A stretch of DNA of 64,000 nt, taken from NCBI GenBank assembly GCA_963785725.1, contig CAWAWS010000002.1, positions 256,001 through 320,000 on the forward strand, given 5' to 3'. A program made the position numbers and the translations under genes. Source of the DNA: an uncultured delta proteobacterium. Lineage in GTDB: Bacteria; Myxococcota_A; Polyangia; Palsa-1104. Shown piece after piece: positions 40,213 to 48,972 of this stretch (position 1 is the first letter of the stretch; the number at the start of each line of letters is the position of its first letter). The notes beneath the pieces were generated by a model. That model was not told the origin of the DNA. It saw nothing but the letters and a program-made list of their open reading frames with translations, and did no database searches.

Positions 40213-41037
40213 CTAATTGCGCGGCGGCTCGTGGCCGATCATCGACCCGTCGTGCACCGCCACGAACTCCGCCACGTCATCCGAAAACTTGAACTTCGCC
40301 TTTTTCAGGAGCGCCAAGTATTCGCGAATCAGCTCGCCGTTACGCGCCTGTGGATCGGCCGCGTAGGCCTCGAGCTCGACGCGCAGCGCCGGATCGAGCG
40401 TGTCGGAGTGGGGATCGAAGGCGCGCGTGTTGTCGGTGCCGGACATCAGCGTCGCCAAGTAGATGCCGAGATAGCCGCGGATCTCCTCGCTGTGCTCGAA
40501 CTGCGGATGAAGGCGATCGAAGTCTTCCCAGCGCCGCAGCCGTTGGCGCAGCTCGGTCCAGCCGATGAGGAGGCCGGCGTCCTCGGAAAAGCCCCGCGCG
40601 AAGTCGTCGAGCCGCAGCCGGAGATAGGCGCGATAGTCGGCGGGCAGGCGCTTGCCGGCTTGCGCGAGCAGCCAGTCGCCGCAGTCGCTGACGTAGGCGC
40701 CCGCTTCCGAGTCGTGATAGCACCACGTGACCGGCCCGAGCACGCGCAGCTTCTTGGCGCGCGCCGCCCTTGACAGCGGCTCGAGCTTGGTCGCCAGCGC
40801 ATCTTGCACGTCGCCGTAGAAGCCCCAGTAGCGGTCGAAGAGCTGCACGCGACAAGCCTCGTCGGGCGCCGCGGCCTGCAGCTTGTCGAGCGCGGCGGCT
40901 TGGCTGCGCACGGCGGTCACCGTCTTCGGCGCCTTCGCCAGCGCCGCCGCGAAGTCGACCGCCGCCGGACAAACCGGCGCGGCCGCCGGCGCGATCGTAG
41001 TATCCAAGATCACGACGAAGAGCGCGACGAGGCTCAT
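40213..41037 (-). CDS. Secreted hypothetical protein
   Basis: Hydrophobic N-terminus; helical body with EDAGL..W.EL..R..WEDF and GTDNT. Confidence 0.65.
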   Translation of the reverse strand: MSLVALFVVILDTTIAPAAAPVCPAAVDFAAALAKAPKTVTAVRSQAAALDKLQAAAPDEACRVQLFDRYWGFYGDVQDALATKLEPLSRAARAKKLRVLGPVTWCYHDSEAGAYVSDCGDWLLAQAGKRLPADYRAYLRLRLDDFARGFSEDAGLLIGWTELRQRLRRWEDFDRLHPQFEHSEEIRGYLGIYLATLMSGTDNTRAFDPHSDTLDPALRVELEAYAADPQARNGELIREYLALLKKAKFKFSDDVAEFVAVHDGSMIGHEPPRN

Positions 41038-41088
41038 GCGACATCCTACGTCGGCGGCAGCCTGAACCTTTGTGATCTAGGCGACGAC

Positions 41089-41664
41089 TCAGAAACGGGC
41101 GCGACCGTCGTGCATTTGCAAGTCGGCCATGAGGTCGGCCGGCGGCGGCGGCGAGTCCGACGCCTGCGCGCGATCGATGCGCGCCAGATACTTCACGGCC
41201 GTGCGCTCGAGCCGCTCGGTGGCGCGCTCGTATTGCCGCTCGTCCCAGCCGAAATGATCGGACGAGATGCCGTCGAGGATCTTGCGCCGCAGCTCGCGCG
41301 CCGCCTGCAACGTCTTCCGCGACTCGGCGAAGTCGTACAAGTGATAGCTGATGACGCCGTAGTTCGTCAGCGCCACCACATCGCGATCGTTGGCCGCCAC
41401 CGCCTGCGCCAGGAGCTTGCGCGCCTGCGAGTAATGGTGGCGATGGACGGCGATGACGGCCAGGTTGTTCCACACCGGGCTCCAGTCGAGCCCCAGCGCC
41501 AACACCTGCTTGTAGAGCAGCTCGGCGCGATTTTCGTCGCTGCCCAGCTGCGCCGCCAATGCCGAGCGAAATGCCGCGTCGCCTTGGTGCTCCCGAGCCA
41601 GCGGCGCGCAGCCGATGCCACCCGTCACGGCCAGCAAGAGGAGCCCCGAACAAATGCGCCTCAT
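41089..41664 (-). CDS. TPR-containing lipoprotein
   Basis: GGIGC lipobox-like; VWNNLAVI and ALTNYGVI TPR helices. Confidence 0.72.
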   Translation of the reverse strand: MRRICSGLLLLAVTGGIGCAPLAREHQGDAAFRSALAAQLGSDENRAELLYKQVLALGLDWSPVWNNLAVIAVHRHHYSQARKLLAQAVAANDRDVVALTNYGVISYHLYDFAESRKTLQAARELRRKILDGISSDHFGWDERQYERATERLERTAVKYLARIDRAQASDSPPPPADLMADLQMHDGRARF

Positions 41665-41690
41665 ACCGCCACAATATTCCTCCGCGTGAT

Positions 41691-42461
41691 ATGAAACCAG
41701 CGCGAATGACGCTGCTCTCCGCGATTCCGCTCGGGCGCCCGTTCGATGCTTCGCTGAACGGCTACCGCAACGACACGCTCTTTTACGTCACCACGGTCAT
41801 GGCCGCGGTTCTATTCGCGATCATGTGCGGCATCCTGTTGTGGGCCTGTGTGATGCATCGTGCGGGCAAATCGCAGGTGCCGTACGAGCGCGGCTCGGGC
41901 CGGAGACACCTCGCGCTCACGGTGCTGGTCACGGCCGGCATCTTCTTCGGCGTCGACGGCACGCTGCTCTACGACAGCTACGCCGACCTCGATCAGTCGC
42001 TGTGGAAGTTTCCGACGGCGGCCGAGCAGCCGCTCCTCGTCGAGGTCTACGCGCAGCAGTGGGCGTGGAACATCCGCTACGCCGGCAGCGACGGCAAGTT
42101 CGGCACCGCCGACGACATCGTCACGCTCAACGAGCTGCACGTCCCGGTCGGCCGGCCGGTGATCGTCAAGCTGAAGTCCAAAGACGTCGTGCACTCGTTC
42201 TATCTGCCGAACTTTCGCGTCAAGCAGGACGCGATGCCCGACGTCGTGACGCGCATGTGGTTTCAAGCCAAGGCGCTGGGCGTGTTCGAGATTGGCTGCG
42301 CGCAACACTGCGGCGCCAGCCACTACAAAATGCGCGGCTTATTGACCGTCGACGACGCGGCGACGTTCGGGCGCTGGCTCGCCGCCGCGCAAGCCGACGC
42401 GCAGCTGCGCTGGGACGCCGACGACGCCGATGCGCATTGGGGCTGGCCGTGGGACGCTTAG
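41691..42461 (+). CDS. coxB: Cytochrome c oxidase subunit II (CuA)
   Basis: Two TM helices, QQWAWNIRY, SKDVVHSF, CAQHCGASHYKM. Confidence 0.92.
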   Translation: MKPARMTLLSAIPLGRPFDASLNGYRNDTLFYVTTVMAAVLFAIMCGILLWACVMHRAGKSQVPYERGSGRRHLALTVLVTAGIFFGVDGTLLYDSYADLDQSLWKFPTAAEQPLLVEVYAQQWAWNIRYAGSDGKFGTADDIVTLNELHVPVGRPVIVKLKSKDVVHSFYLPNFRVKQDAMPDVVTRMWFQAKALGVFEIGCAQHCGASHYKMRGLLTVDDAATFGRWLAAAQADAQLRWDADDADAHWGWPWDA

Positions 42462-44122
42462 CGACGCTCTTCTCGCGCGATCACAAAGTCATCGCGCAGC
42501 AGTTCTTGTGGCTCGGCCTCGTGTTCCTGCTCGTCGGCGGGCTGTTCGCGATCGTCATCCGCATGCAGCTGGCGCACTCGGGCATCGTCTCGCCCGCGAC
42601 CTACACGACGCTGTTCACGGTGCACGGCACGATCATGATCTTCTTCGCCATCACGCCGCTGCTCATCGGCGCGTTCGGCAATTTCCTCATTCCGCTCATG
42701 ATCGGCGCGCGCGACATGTCGTTCCCGACGCTCAACATGCTGAGCTTCTGGACGCAGCTCGTCTCGTCGCTGCTGCTCGGCGTGAGCGCGCTCGTGCAGG
42801 GCGGCATGGCCAAGGCCGGCTGGTCCGCTTATCCGCCGCTGTCGACGCAGCTCGGCACGCCCGGTCTCGGCCAGACGTTGTGGACGATCGCGCTCTTCGT
42901 CGCCGGCGCCTCGACGACGATGGGCGCCGTCAACTACATCACGACGGTCTTACGCGAACGCGCGCCCGGCATGACGATGCTGCGTCTGCCGCTGACGATC
43001 TGGGGCCTCTTTCTGACGGCGATCTTGAACGCGCTGTTCGTCCCCGTGCTCGGCTCGGCGATGCTGCTCTTGCTCCTCGATCGCGTCGCCGGCACGCACT
43101 TCTTCGTCGCCGGCGCGCTCATTCGCAACGGCGGCGACCCCTTGCTCTATCAACACCTGTTCTGGATCTTCGGCCACCCCGAGGTCTACATCCTCATCTT
43201 GCCGGTGTGGGGCATCGTCGGCGATCTGCTGTCCTTCTTCGCGCGCAAGCCGGCCTACGGCTATCGCACGACGGTGTTCGCCATGTGCGCCGTCACCCTC
43301 CTGTCGGCGCTCGTCTACGGCCATCACATGTACGTCACGTCGATGGCGCCGCTGCTCGGTCGCGCCTTCATGATCCTGACGCTCATCATCTCCATCCCCG
43401 CGATCGTGCTCTTTCTCAACTGGCTGCACACGATCTGGCGCGGCGCGATTCACCTCGAGCCGCCGATGCTGTTCGCGCTCGGCGTGCTCTTCGTGTTCGG
43501 CTTGGGCGGCCTGACCGGCCTCTATCTCGCCGACATTCCGCAGGACGTCTACCTGCACGACACCTACTTCGTCGTCGGCCACTTCCACTTGATCATGGCC
43601 GCCGCCGTCTTTCTCGGCTCCTTCGCCGCCATCTACTTCTGGTTCCCCAAGATGTACGGCCGCACGATGTCGCGTCGTCTCGGCATCGCCCATTTCTGGC
43701 TGACCTTCGTGCCGCTCGTCGTCGTCTTCGTCGGCATGCTCTTCATCGGCAACGCCGGCATGCAGCGCCGCTTGTACGACCCGTCCAATTACGACACGTT
43801 CAAGCCGCTGGCGATCTGGAACTTCCGCATCTCGCAGATCGCCTACTTGTTGGCGCTGGCGCAGCTCCTGTTCGTCTACAATTTCGTCGTGTCGCTGTGG
43901 CGAGGCGCGCCGACGATCGAGAACCCCTGGCGCGTCGGCACGCTCGAATGGACCTGCGCCGCGTCGCCGCCGATTGCGCACAACTTTCACGACCTTCCGC
44001 GCGTCGTCCGCGGCCCGCACGAGTTCAATCATCCGTCGCTGGCGAACCGCGAAGACAACGACAAAGACTGGCTCGGGCAGACCGAGGCGCTGCCGGGCGA
44101 GCGCGAAGAGGGTGACGCGTGA
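42449..44122 (+). CDS. coxA: Heme-copper oxidase subunit I, A-family
   Basis: DHK, HGTIM, GARDMSFP, WIFGHPEVY, GHHMY, HDT..VGHFH, GMQRR; GTG start at 42449 inferred. Confidence 0.95.
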   Translation: MGRLATLFSRDHKVIAQQFLWLGLVFLLVGGLFAIVIRMQLAHSGIVSPATYTTLFTVHGTIMIFFAITPLLIGAFGNFLIPLMIGARDMSFPTLNMLSFWTQLVSSLLLGVSALVQGGMAKAGWSAYPPLSTQLGTPGLGQTLWTIALFVAGASTTMGAVNYITTVLRERAPGMTMLRLPLTIWGLFLTAILNALFVPVLGSAMLLLLLDRVAGTHFFVAGALIRNGGDPLLYQHLFWIFGHPEVYILILPVWGIVGDLLSFFARKPAYGYRTTVFAMCAVTLLSALVYGHHMYVTSMAPLLGRAFMILTLIISIPAIVLFLNWLHTIWRGAIHLEPPMLFALGVLFVFGLGGLTGLYLADIPQDVYLHDTYFVVGHFHLIMAAAVFLGSFAAIYFWFPKMYGRTMSRRLGIAHFWLTFVPLVVVFVGMLFIGNAGMQRRLYDPSNYDTFKPLAIWNFRISQIAYLLALAQLLFVYNFVVSLWRGAPTIENPWRVGTLEWTCAASPPIAHNFHDLPRVVRGPHEFNHPSLANREDNDKDWLGQTEALPGEREEGDA

Positions 44123-45396
44123 ACGAGCGCGCACAGACGACCGCGTCGGTCGGCATGATCGTCTTCTTGGGCGCCTGGACGATGACGTTCGCCGCGCTCT
44201 TGTTCGTCTGGGCCGACGTGCGCTTCTCGGCCGGCGCCTGGCCGCCCGACGGTGAGCCGCGCGCGCCGCTGGTCTGGCCGGCGCTGGCGACGCTGCTCAT
44301 GGCCGCATCCTCATGGACGCTCGGCCGCGGCTTCGGCAAGCTGACGATCGCGCTCGGCCTCGCCTTCATCGGCGTGCAAGTCGCCGGCTGGAGCGCGCTG
44401 TGGCGGCTCGGCGTCACGCCGTCGTCGGGCCGCTACGGCTCGTTGATGTTTACGTTCGGCGCCTTTCACGCGCTGCACGTCGTCGTCGGGCTGGTCGGCC
44501 TGATGGTGGCGCGCGCCGCGGCCCGCCATTGGCGCTGGTTCTGGCACTTCGTCGGCGCCGTCTGGTTGTGCCTGTTCGCCGCGCTCTATCTCGGCGGCTG
44601 CATGCCGCGCCGCAAGATCTCGGGGCCGCTCAAGCTCGCCGGCGGTCGCGTCATCGACGTCGCCACGTTGACGCGCGGGCAAGCGGCGTACGACCAATAT
44701 TGCCGGCCTTGCCACGGCGAAGACGGCGACGGCAAAGGCTTCTCGTCGTACGCCTTGCGCCCGCCGCCGCGCGACTTCACGCAGGCGCTGTTCAAGTTCG
44801 GCCACGTCGCCAACGGCGCCTTGCCCAGCGACGCCGAGCTCGGCCGCCTCGTGCGTCACGGCCTCAACGGCACCGCGATGCTGCCGTGGGAATTGTCCGA
44901 GCGCGAGCTGGACGCGACGCTGCAATATCTGAAGACGTTCTCGCCGCGCTGGACGCAGGAGGCGCCGGGCGAATCGATCGTGGCGCCGCCCGATCCGTTC
45001 GGCCCAACACGGGCGGCCGAAGCGATCGCCAAAGGCGCCGACTTGTACGCGCACAAAGCGCAATGCCTCACCTGCCATGCGGCTTACGACGGCAACGGCA
45101 ACGTGACGGCGCCGGCGAAGCTGAAGCCGACCGACTTCTGCCTCGCGTGGAAGCCGGGCGCGCGCACGCTCGACGAACGCGAATGCGCGCTGCCGGTCAA
45201 AGTGCTGCCGCCCGATTTTACGCGCGATCCGCTGCGCACGATCTATCGCGGCAGCGAGCTGGCCGACCTCTATCGCATCATCGCCGCCGGCATCAGCGGC
45301 TCGAACATGCCGACCTGGAAAGGCGCGCTGCCCGACGACGACATCTGGGCGCTCGCCTACTACGTCCATTCACTCCAGCCGACGCCGAAGCGTTGA
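44119..45396 (+). CDS. Cytochrome c oxidase subunit III-like domain fused to diheme cytochrome c
   Basis: GMIVFL, FHALHV, FWHFV then CRPCH, CLTCH, PRDF and MPxW motifs. Confidence 0.85.
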   Translation: MNERAQTTASVGMIVFLGAWTMTFAALLFVWADVRFSAGAWPPDGEPRAPLVWPALATLLMAASSWTLGRGFGKLTIALGLAFIGVQVAGWSALWRLGVTPSSGRYGSLMFTFGAFHALHVVVGLVGLMVARAAARHWRWFWHFVGAVWLCLFAALYLGGCMPRRKISGPLKLAGGRVIDVATLTRGQAAYDQYCRPCHGEDGDGKGFSSYALRPPPRDFTQALFKFGHVANGALPSDAELGRLVRHGLNGTAMLPWELSERELDATLQYLKTFSPRWTQEAPGESIVAPPDPFGPTRAAEAIAKGADLYAHKAQCLTCHAAYDGNGNVTAPAKLKPTDFCLAWKPGARTLDERECALPVKVLPPDFTRDPLRTIYRGSELADLYRIIAAGISGSNMPTWKGALPDDDIWALAYYVHSLQPTPKR

Positions 45397-45398
45397 CC

Positions 45399-45908
45399 TC
45401 AGACGGGCTGCAAGTTGCTCGAGTCGCGCACGGGCCAGTGGCCGACGGACACGTAGGCGCCACCCTCCTCCATCAGCCGGCGCGCCTCGGCGCTGGCGAC
45501 CGGATCGGCGACGTCGACGAGCAGGACCGAGCGCCCCGAGCGCGCCAGCTCGGCATAACGCTTACGCATGTGCGGCCGTAGCGATTGCGGATAGCGCTGG
45601 CCGCCAAGCCATAGGCCGAGCAGCGCGCCGAAGCCGACACCGGCGACGATCGCCACCGCCGCGTACAGCCACGACGGCGACATCGACAGCGCCACATACC
45701 CGAACACGACGCCCGTCACCAAGCCGAAGAGGGACAGCCGCAACCAGGGCGAGCGCTCTTGAACGACCAGCGTCTCCACCGGCTGACCGTCGCTGCCGGG
45801 CAGAAACAGGCGCAGATTGCCGCCGACCGCGTCGAGCTCGCGCAGCTGATCGGAGACGCGCAAGGCTTTCTCGCTGTCGCGAAACACGCCCGTCAACGTC
45901 GTTCGCAT
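45399..45908 (-). CDS. Hypothetical membrane protein
   Basis: LTGVF start, two Gly-rich TM helices, beta-alpha C-terminus. Confidence 0.7.
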   Translation of the reverse strand: MRTTLTGVFRDSEKALRVSDQLRELDAVGGNLRLFLPGSDGQPVETLVVQERSPWLRLSLFGLVTGVVFGYVALSMSPSWLYAAVAIVAGVGFGALLGLWLGGQRYPQSLRPHMRKRYAELARSGRSVLLVDVADPVASAEARRLMEEGGAYVSVGHWPVRDSSNLQPV

Positions 45909-45972
45909 GAGCTACTTTCGAAGCAAGCGGCGCGCCGAATGTCGCGGCTGTCGTGGCGCGCGATCGATCGCG

Positions 45973-46116
45973 TCATTCGCCGGTCGATCCGACGCCGAGC
46001 GCTCGCAGCGCGACGACCACGCCGGCGACGACGGCGAACGGCGCCGCCACGAACGCGGCCACGACCTTCCAGATCACGGGCGGAAGCTGCGCCGCGCAGT
46101 TGGGGCACAGCATCAT
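45973..46116 (-). CDS. 47-aa CxxC membrane microprotein (not in ORF track)
   Basis: MMLCPNCAAQLPPVIWKVVAAFVAAPFAVVAGVVVALRALGVGSTGE*; ATGA overlap with upstream stop. Confidence 0.65.
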   Translation of the reverse strand: MMLCPNCAAQLPPVIWKVVAAFVAAPFAVVAGVVVALRALGVGSTGE

Positions 46117-46391
46117 GGGCCGTGGCTCCCGGCGAGCGCTTCACCGATGAGCGCCGCGGCGTAGATGCACGGCAAGACCAGCGCGCCGACGAACGCGAGG
46201 CGCAGCGGCCGCGGCTCGCGACCGAACCCCATGCCGACGCCGAGGATCGCCGCGGCTTGCGCCAGCGCCAACATCGTCAGCGCCGCCAGGCGCGGACCGC
46301 GCGCGACGTGCGCGTAAGCGATCCCGAGCTCGGCCGCGGTCAACGTGGCCAAGGCGCCGGCGAGCGTCAGCTGCGTGCGCGCGCCGGTCAC
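46113..46391 (-). CDS. Cytochrome c oxidase subunit IV-like protein
   Basis: Three TM helices, LATLTAAE, position after coxC with GTGA overlap. Confidence 0.72.
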   Translation of the reverse strand: MTGARTQLTLAGALATLTAAELGIAYAHVARGPRLAALTMLALAQAAAILGVGMGFGREPRPLRLAFVGALVLPCIYAAALIGEALAGSHGP

Positions 46392-46969
46392 GCCAAGTAC
46401 ACGAAGGTGAAGACGAGGATCCACACGGCGTCGACAAAATGCCAGAAGAGCCCGGCGACGGCCAGCTTGTCGGCGGCGGCGCCTTCGTCGACGACACCGC
46501 GCGTGCGGCCGACGAGGAGGGCCAAGCCGGCGATGACATGCGCGCCGTGCCAGCCGGTGCAGACGTAATAGCTGGCGGCCGCTTGGTCGAGCGCGAGGCC
46601 GACGCCGTGCGCGACGAGCGCCTGCCACTCGAACGCCTGGCCGGCGACGAAGACGGCGCCGAGGCCGATCGTCGCCCACAGCCAGCGCGCGGCCGCTCGC
46701 TTGTGGCCGGCGCGCGCGGCGCCGGTCGCCAGCGCCATCGTCGTCGACGACGCGAGCAGGATGTAGGTGAGCGCGGCGCCGAGCGGCAGGCCAAGCCGCG
46801 CCGAAGCCAGCGGCCAAGCCGCGGCGCGCGCCCGCAAGACGCCGTAAGCAATGAGGAGCGCGGCGAACGACAGCGCGTCGGCGGCGAGGAAGATCCACAT
46901 GCCCAGCTGGCCGCGCGGGGTCGTCAGCTGCACCGCCGTCGCGGGTTGCGCCGTGTCGGACGACGTCAT
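46388..46969 (-). CDS. coxC: Cytochrome c oxidase subunit III
   Basis: LGMWIFL, ILLASS, GQAFEW, TGWHGAHV, LFWHFVDAVWI. Confidence 0.9.
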   Translation of the reverse strand: MTSSDTAQPATAVQLTTPRGQLGMWIFLAADALSFAALLIAYGVLRARAAAWPLASARLGLPLGAALTYILLASSTTMALATGAARAGHKRAAARWLWATIGLGAVFVAGQAFEWQALVAHGVGLALDQAAASYYVCTGWHGAHVIAGLALLVGRTRGVVDEGAAADKLAVAGLFWHFVDAVWILVFTFVYLA

Positions 46970-47037
46970 GACCGAGGGCAGGATAACCCCACCCACTGGC
47001 CGCGGCTTCAGGTAAAATAACAATTGGTAAGCTCTAC

Positions 47038-48972
47038 ATGGGGGTTCGGGACGACGATCGGCGCGGTAAACCGCTGCTCGAAGGGGCCGGCGGCGGCGCC
47101 ACGCGCGGCGGCGGCGAGCTGACGAACCTCGTCGACGCCGACACGCGCGGCACCGAGATCGACGTCGCCCGCATCGACACGACCCGCCAGCCACTCCCGT
47201 CGGAGGTCCTGCGTTTGCCACGCGATCGAGCGGAAAACCTGAAGCGCGAGCTGGACGATGGCGGCTTCTCGCGCATCGACACGCTGCCCGACGGCTTCGC
47301 GTCCATCCTGCAGCGCCACGCGCTCGCGCCCGGCGACGTCGTCGGCAGCCGCTACAAGCTGACGGAGGTGCTCGGCGGTGGCGCGATGGGCGACGTCTTC
47401 GTGGCCGAGAACCAAGCCATCGGCATGCGCGTCGCGGTCAAAGTCCTGAAGCCGCAGCTGCTGGCCAATCCCGAGTTTCGCCAGCGCTTTCAATACGAGG
47501 CGCAAGCCGTCGGCGCCATCGAGCATCCGAACGTGGCGCGCTTTTTGGACCTCGTCGTCGGCGACCCGACATTTCTCGTCATGGAGTACGTGCCGGGCGA
47601 GACGCTGGCGGCGACGCTCAAGCGCGAACGTCAGATGTCGGTGCAGCGCGCGATTCACATCGGCATTCGGCTGGCGTGGGGCTTGGACGCGGCGCACGTC
47701 GCGGGCGTCATTCACCGCGACCTGAAGCCGGCGAACGTCATCTTGTCGGCCGATCGCGAAGCGGGCGAGACGCCGAAGCTGATCGACTTCGGCCTGGCCA
47801 AAATCGCCGCCGCCGCCGGCAGCGACAAGCTGACGCGCACGGGCCAGATCATCGGCACGCCGTCGTACATGTCGCCCGAGCAGATTTCGGGCCGCGAAGT
47901 CGACGCGCGCAGCGACGTCTACGCGCTCGCCTGCCTCATCTACGAGATGATCGCCGGACGGCCGCCCTTCGACGGTGGCGACGACGTGCAGACGCTCTAT
48001 CGCCAGCTGCACGAGCCGCCCGAGCCGCTCTCGCTGCACGCGCCCGACAGCCCGGCGGCGCTCGATCGCGTCATCGCCCGCGCGCTGGCCAAGAGCCCGC
48101 CCGAGCGCTACGGCTCGATGCAGGAGCTGGCGCGCGCGCTCGAGCCGTTCGGCGCGCCCAAACGCGCGGGCGGCGCGCGCTTCGGCGGCGTGACCGCGGT
48201 GACGCCGCCGTCGCTGCCGCCGCGCGCGCTCACGACGTTGTGGGCCGCGGGCGCGTTCGCGATGGGCGCGCTCTTGGCGACGGGCGCGTGGAGCTGGCGC
48301 AGTCACCGGCAGCACGGGCCGAGCGGCGGCGCGATGTTGATGGTGGCGTCGGAGCCGCCCGGCGCCGTCGTCCTCGTCGACGGCAAAGCCGCGCCGGCGA
48401 CGACGCCGACGGCCGTCAGCGGCCTCGGCGCGGGCGCGCACCTCGTGCGCATCGCGCTCGCCGGTCACGCGCCGGTCGAGCAGCACGTCGATCTCGCCGC
48501 CGACGGGCGGCTCATGGTCGACGTGACGCTGCCGCCGGCCAGCCACGTCGTGCGCCTCGAGTCGATGCCGTCGGGCGCGCTGGTCTACGTCGACGGCGTG
48601 CTGCAGATCGGGCAGACGCCGCTCGACCTGACCATCGTCGACGACGACTTCCACTATTTGCGGCTGGAGAAGAGCGGGTTCGAGATGGCGACGCGCTCGC
48701 TGACGCCCGACGATCACGCGCCGCAGGTGACGGTGGCGCTCGTGCCCGAGACGCACGATCGCGGCACGCTCATGATCGACAGCGACATCGCCGCCGCGGT
48801 GTGGGTCGACGGCGGCGACTCCGGCTTCTTGAGCCCATCGACGTTCGGGGTGCCCGCGGGCGTGCACACGGTGCAGCTGCGCGAAGGCGACGTGGCGCGC
48901 TCGGCGGCGCTCAAAGTGCGCATCAAAAAAGGCGAGTCGACGCGGCTGACCTTGCGCGGGAAGACGCCGTGA
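47038..48972 (+). CDS. Ser/Thr protein kinase with TM and PEGA domains
   Basis: LGGGAMG, VAVK, HRDLKPAN, DFG, GTPSYMSPE; SEPPGAVVLVDG and SMPSGALVYVDG. Confidence 0.95.
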   Translation: MGVRDDDRRGKPLLEGAGGGATRGGGELTNLVDADTRGTEIDVARIDTTRQPLPSEVLRLPRDRAENLKRELDDGGFSRIDTLPDGFASILQRHALAPGDVVGSRYKLTEVLGGGAMGDVFVAENQAIGMRVAVKVLKPQLLANPEFRQRFQYEAQAVGAIEHPNVARFLDLVVGDPTFLVMEYVPGETLAATLKRERQMSVQRAIHIGIRLAWGLDAAHVAGVIHRDLKPANVILSADREAGETPKLIDFGLAKIAAAAGSDKLTRTGQIIGTPSYMSPEQISGREVDARSDVYALACLIYEMIAGRPPFDGGDDVQTLYRQLHEPPEPLSLHAPDSPAALDRVIARALAKSPPERYGSMQELARALEPFGAPKRAGGARFGGVTAVTPPSLPPRALTTLWAAGAFAMGALLATGAWSWRSHRQHGPSGGAMLMVASEPPGAVVLVDGKAAPATTPTAVSGLGAGAHLVRIALAGHAPVEQHVDLAADGRLMVDVTLPPASHVVRLESMPSGALVYVDGVLQIGQTPLDLTIVDDDFHYLRLEKSGFEMATRSLTPDDHAPQVTVALVPETHDRGTLMIDSDIAAAVWVDGGDSGFLSPSTFGVPAGVHTVQLREGDVARSAALKVRIKKGESTRLTLRGKTP

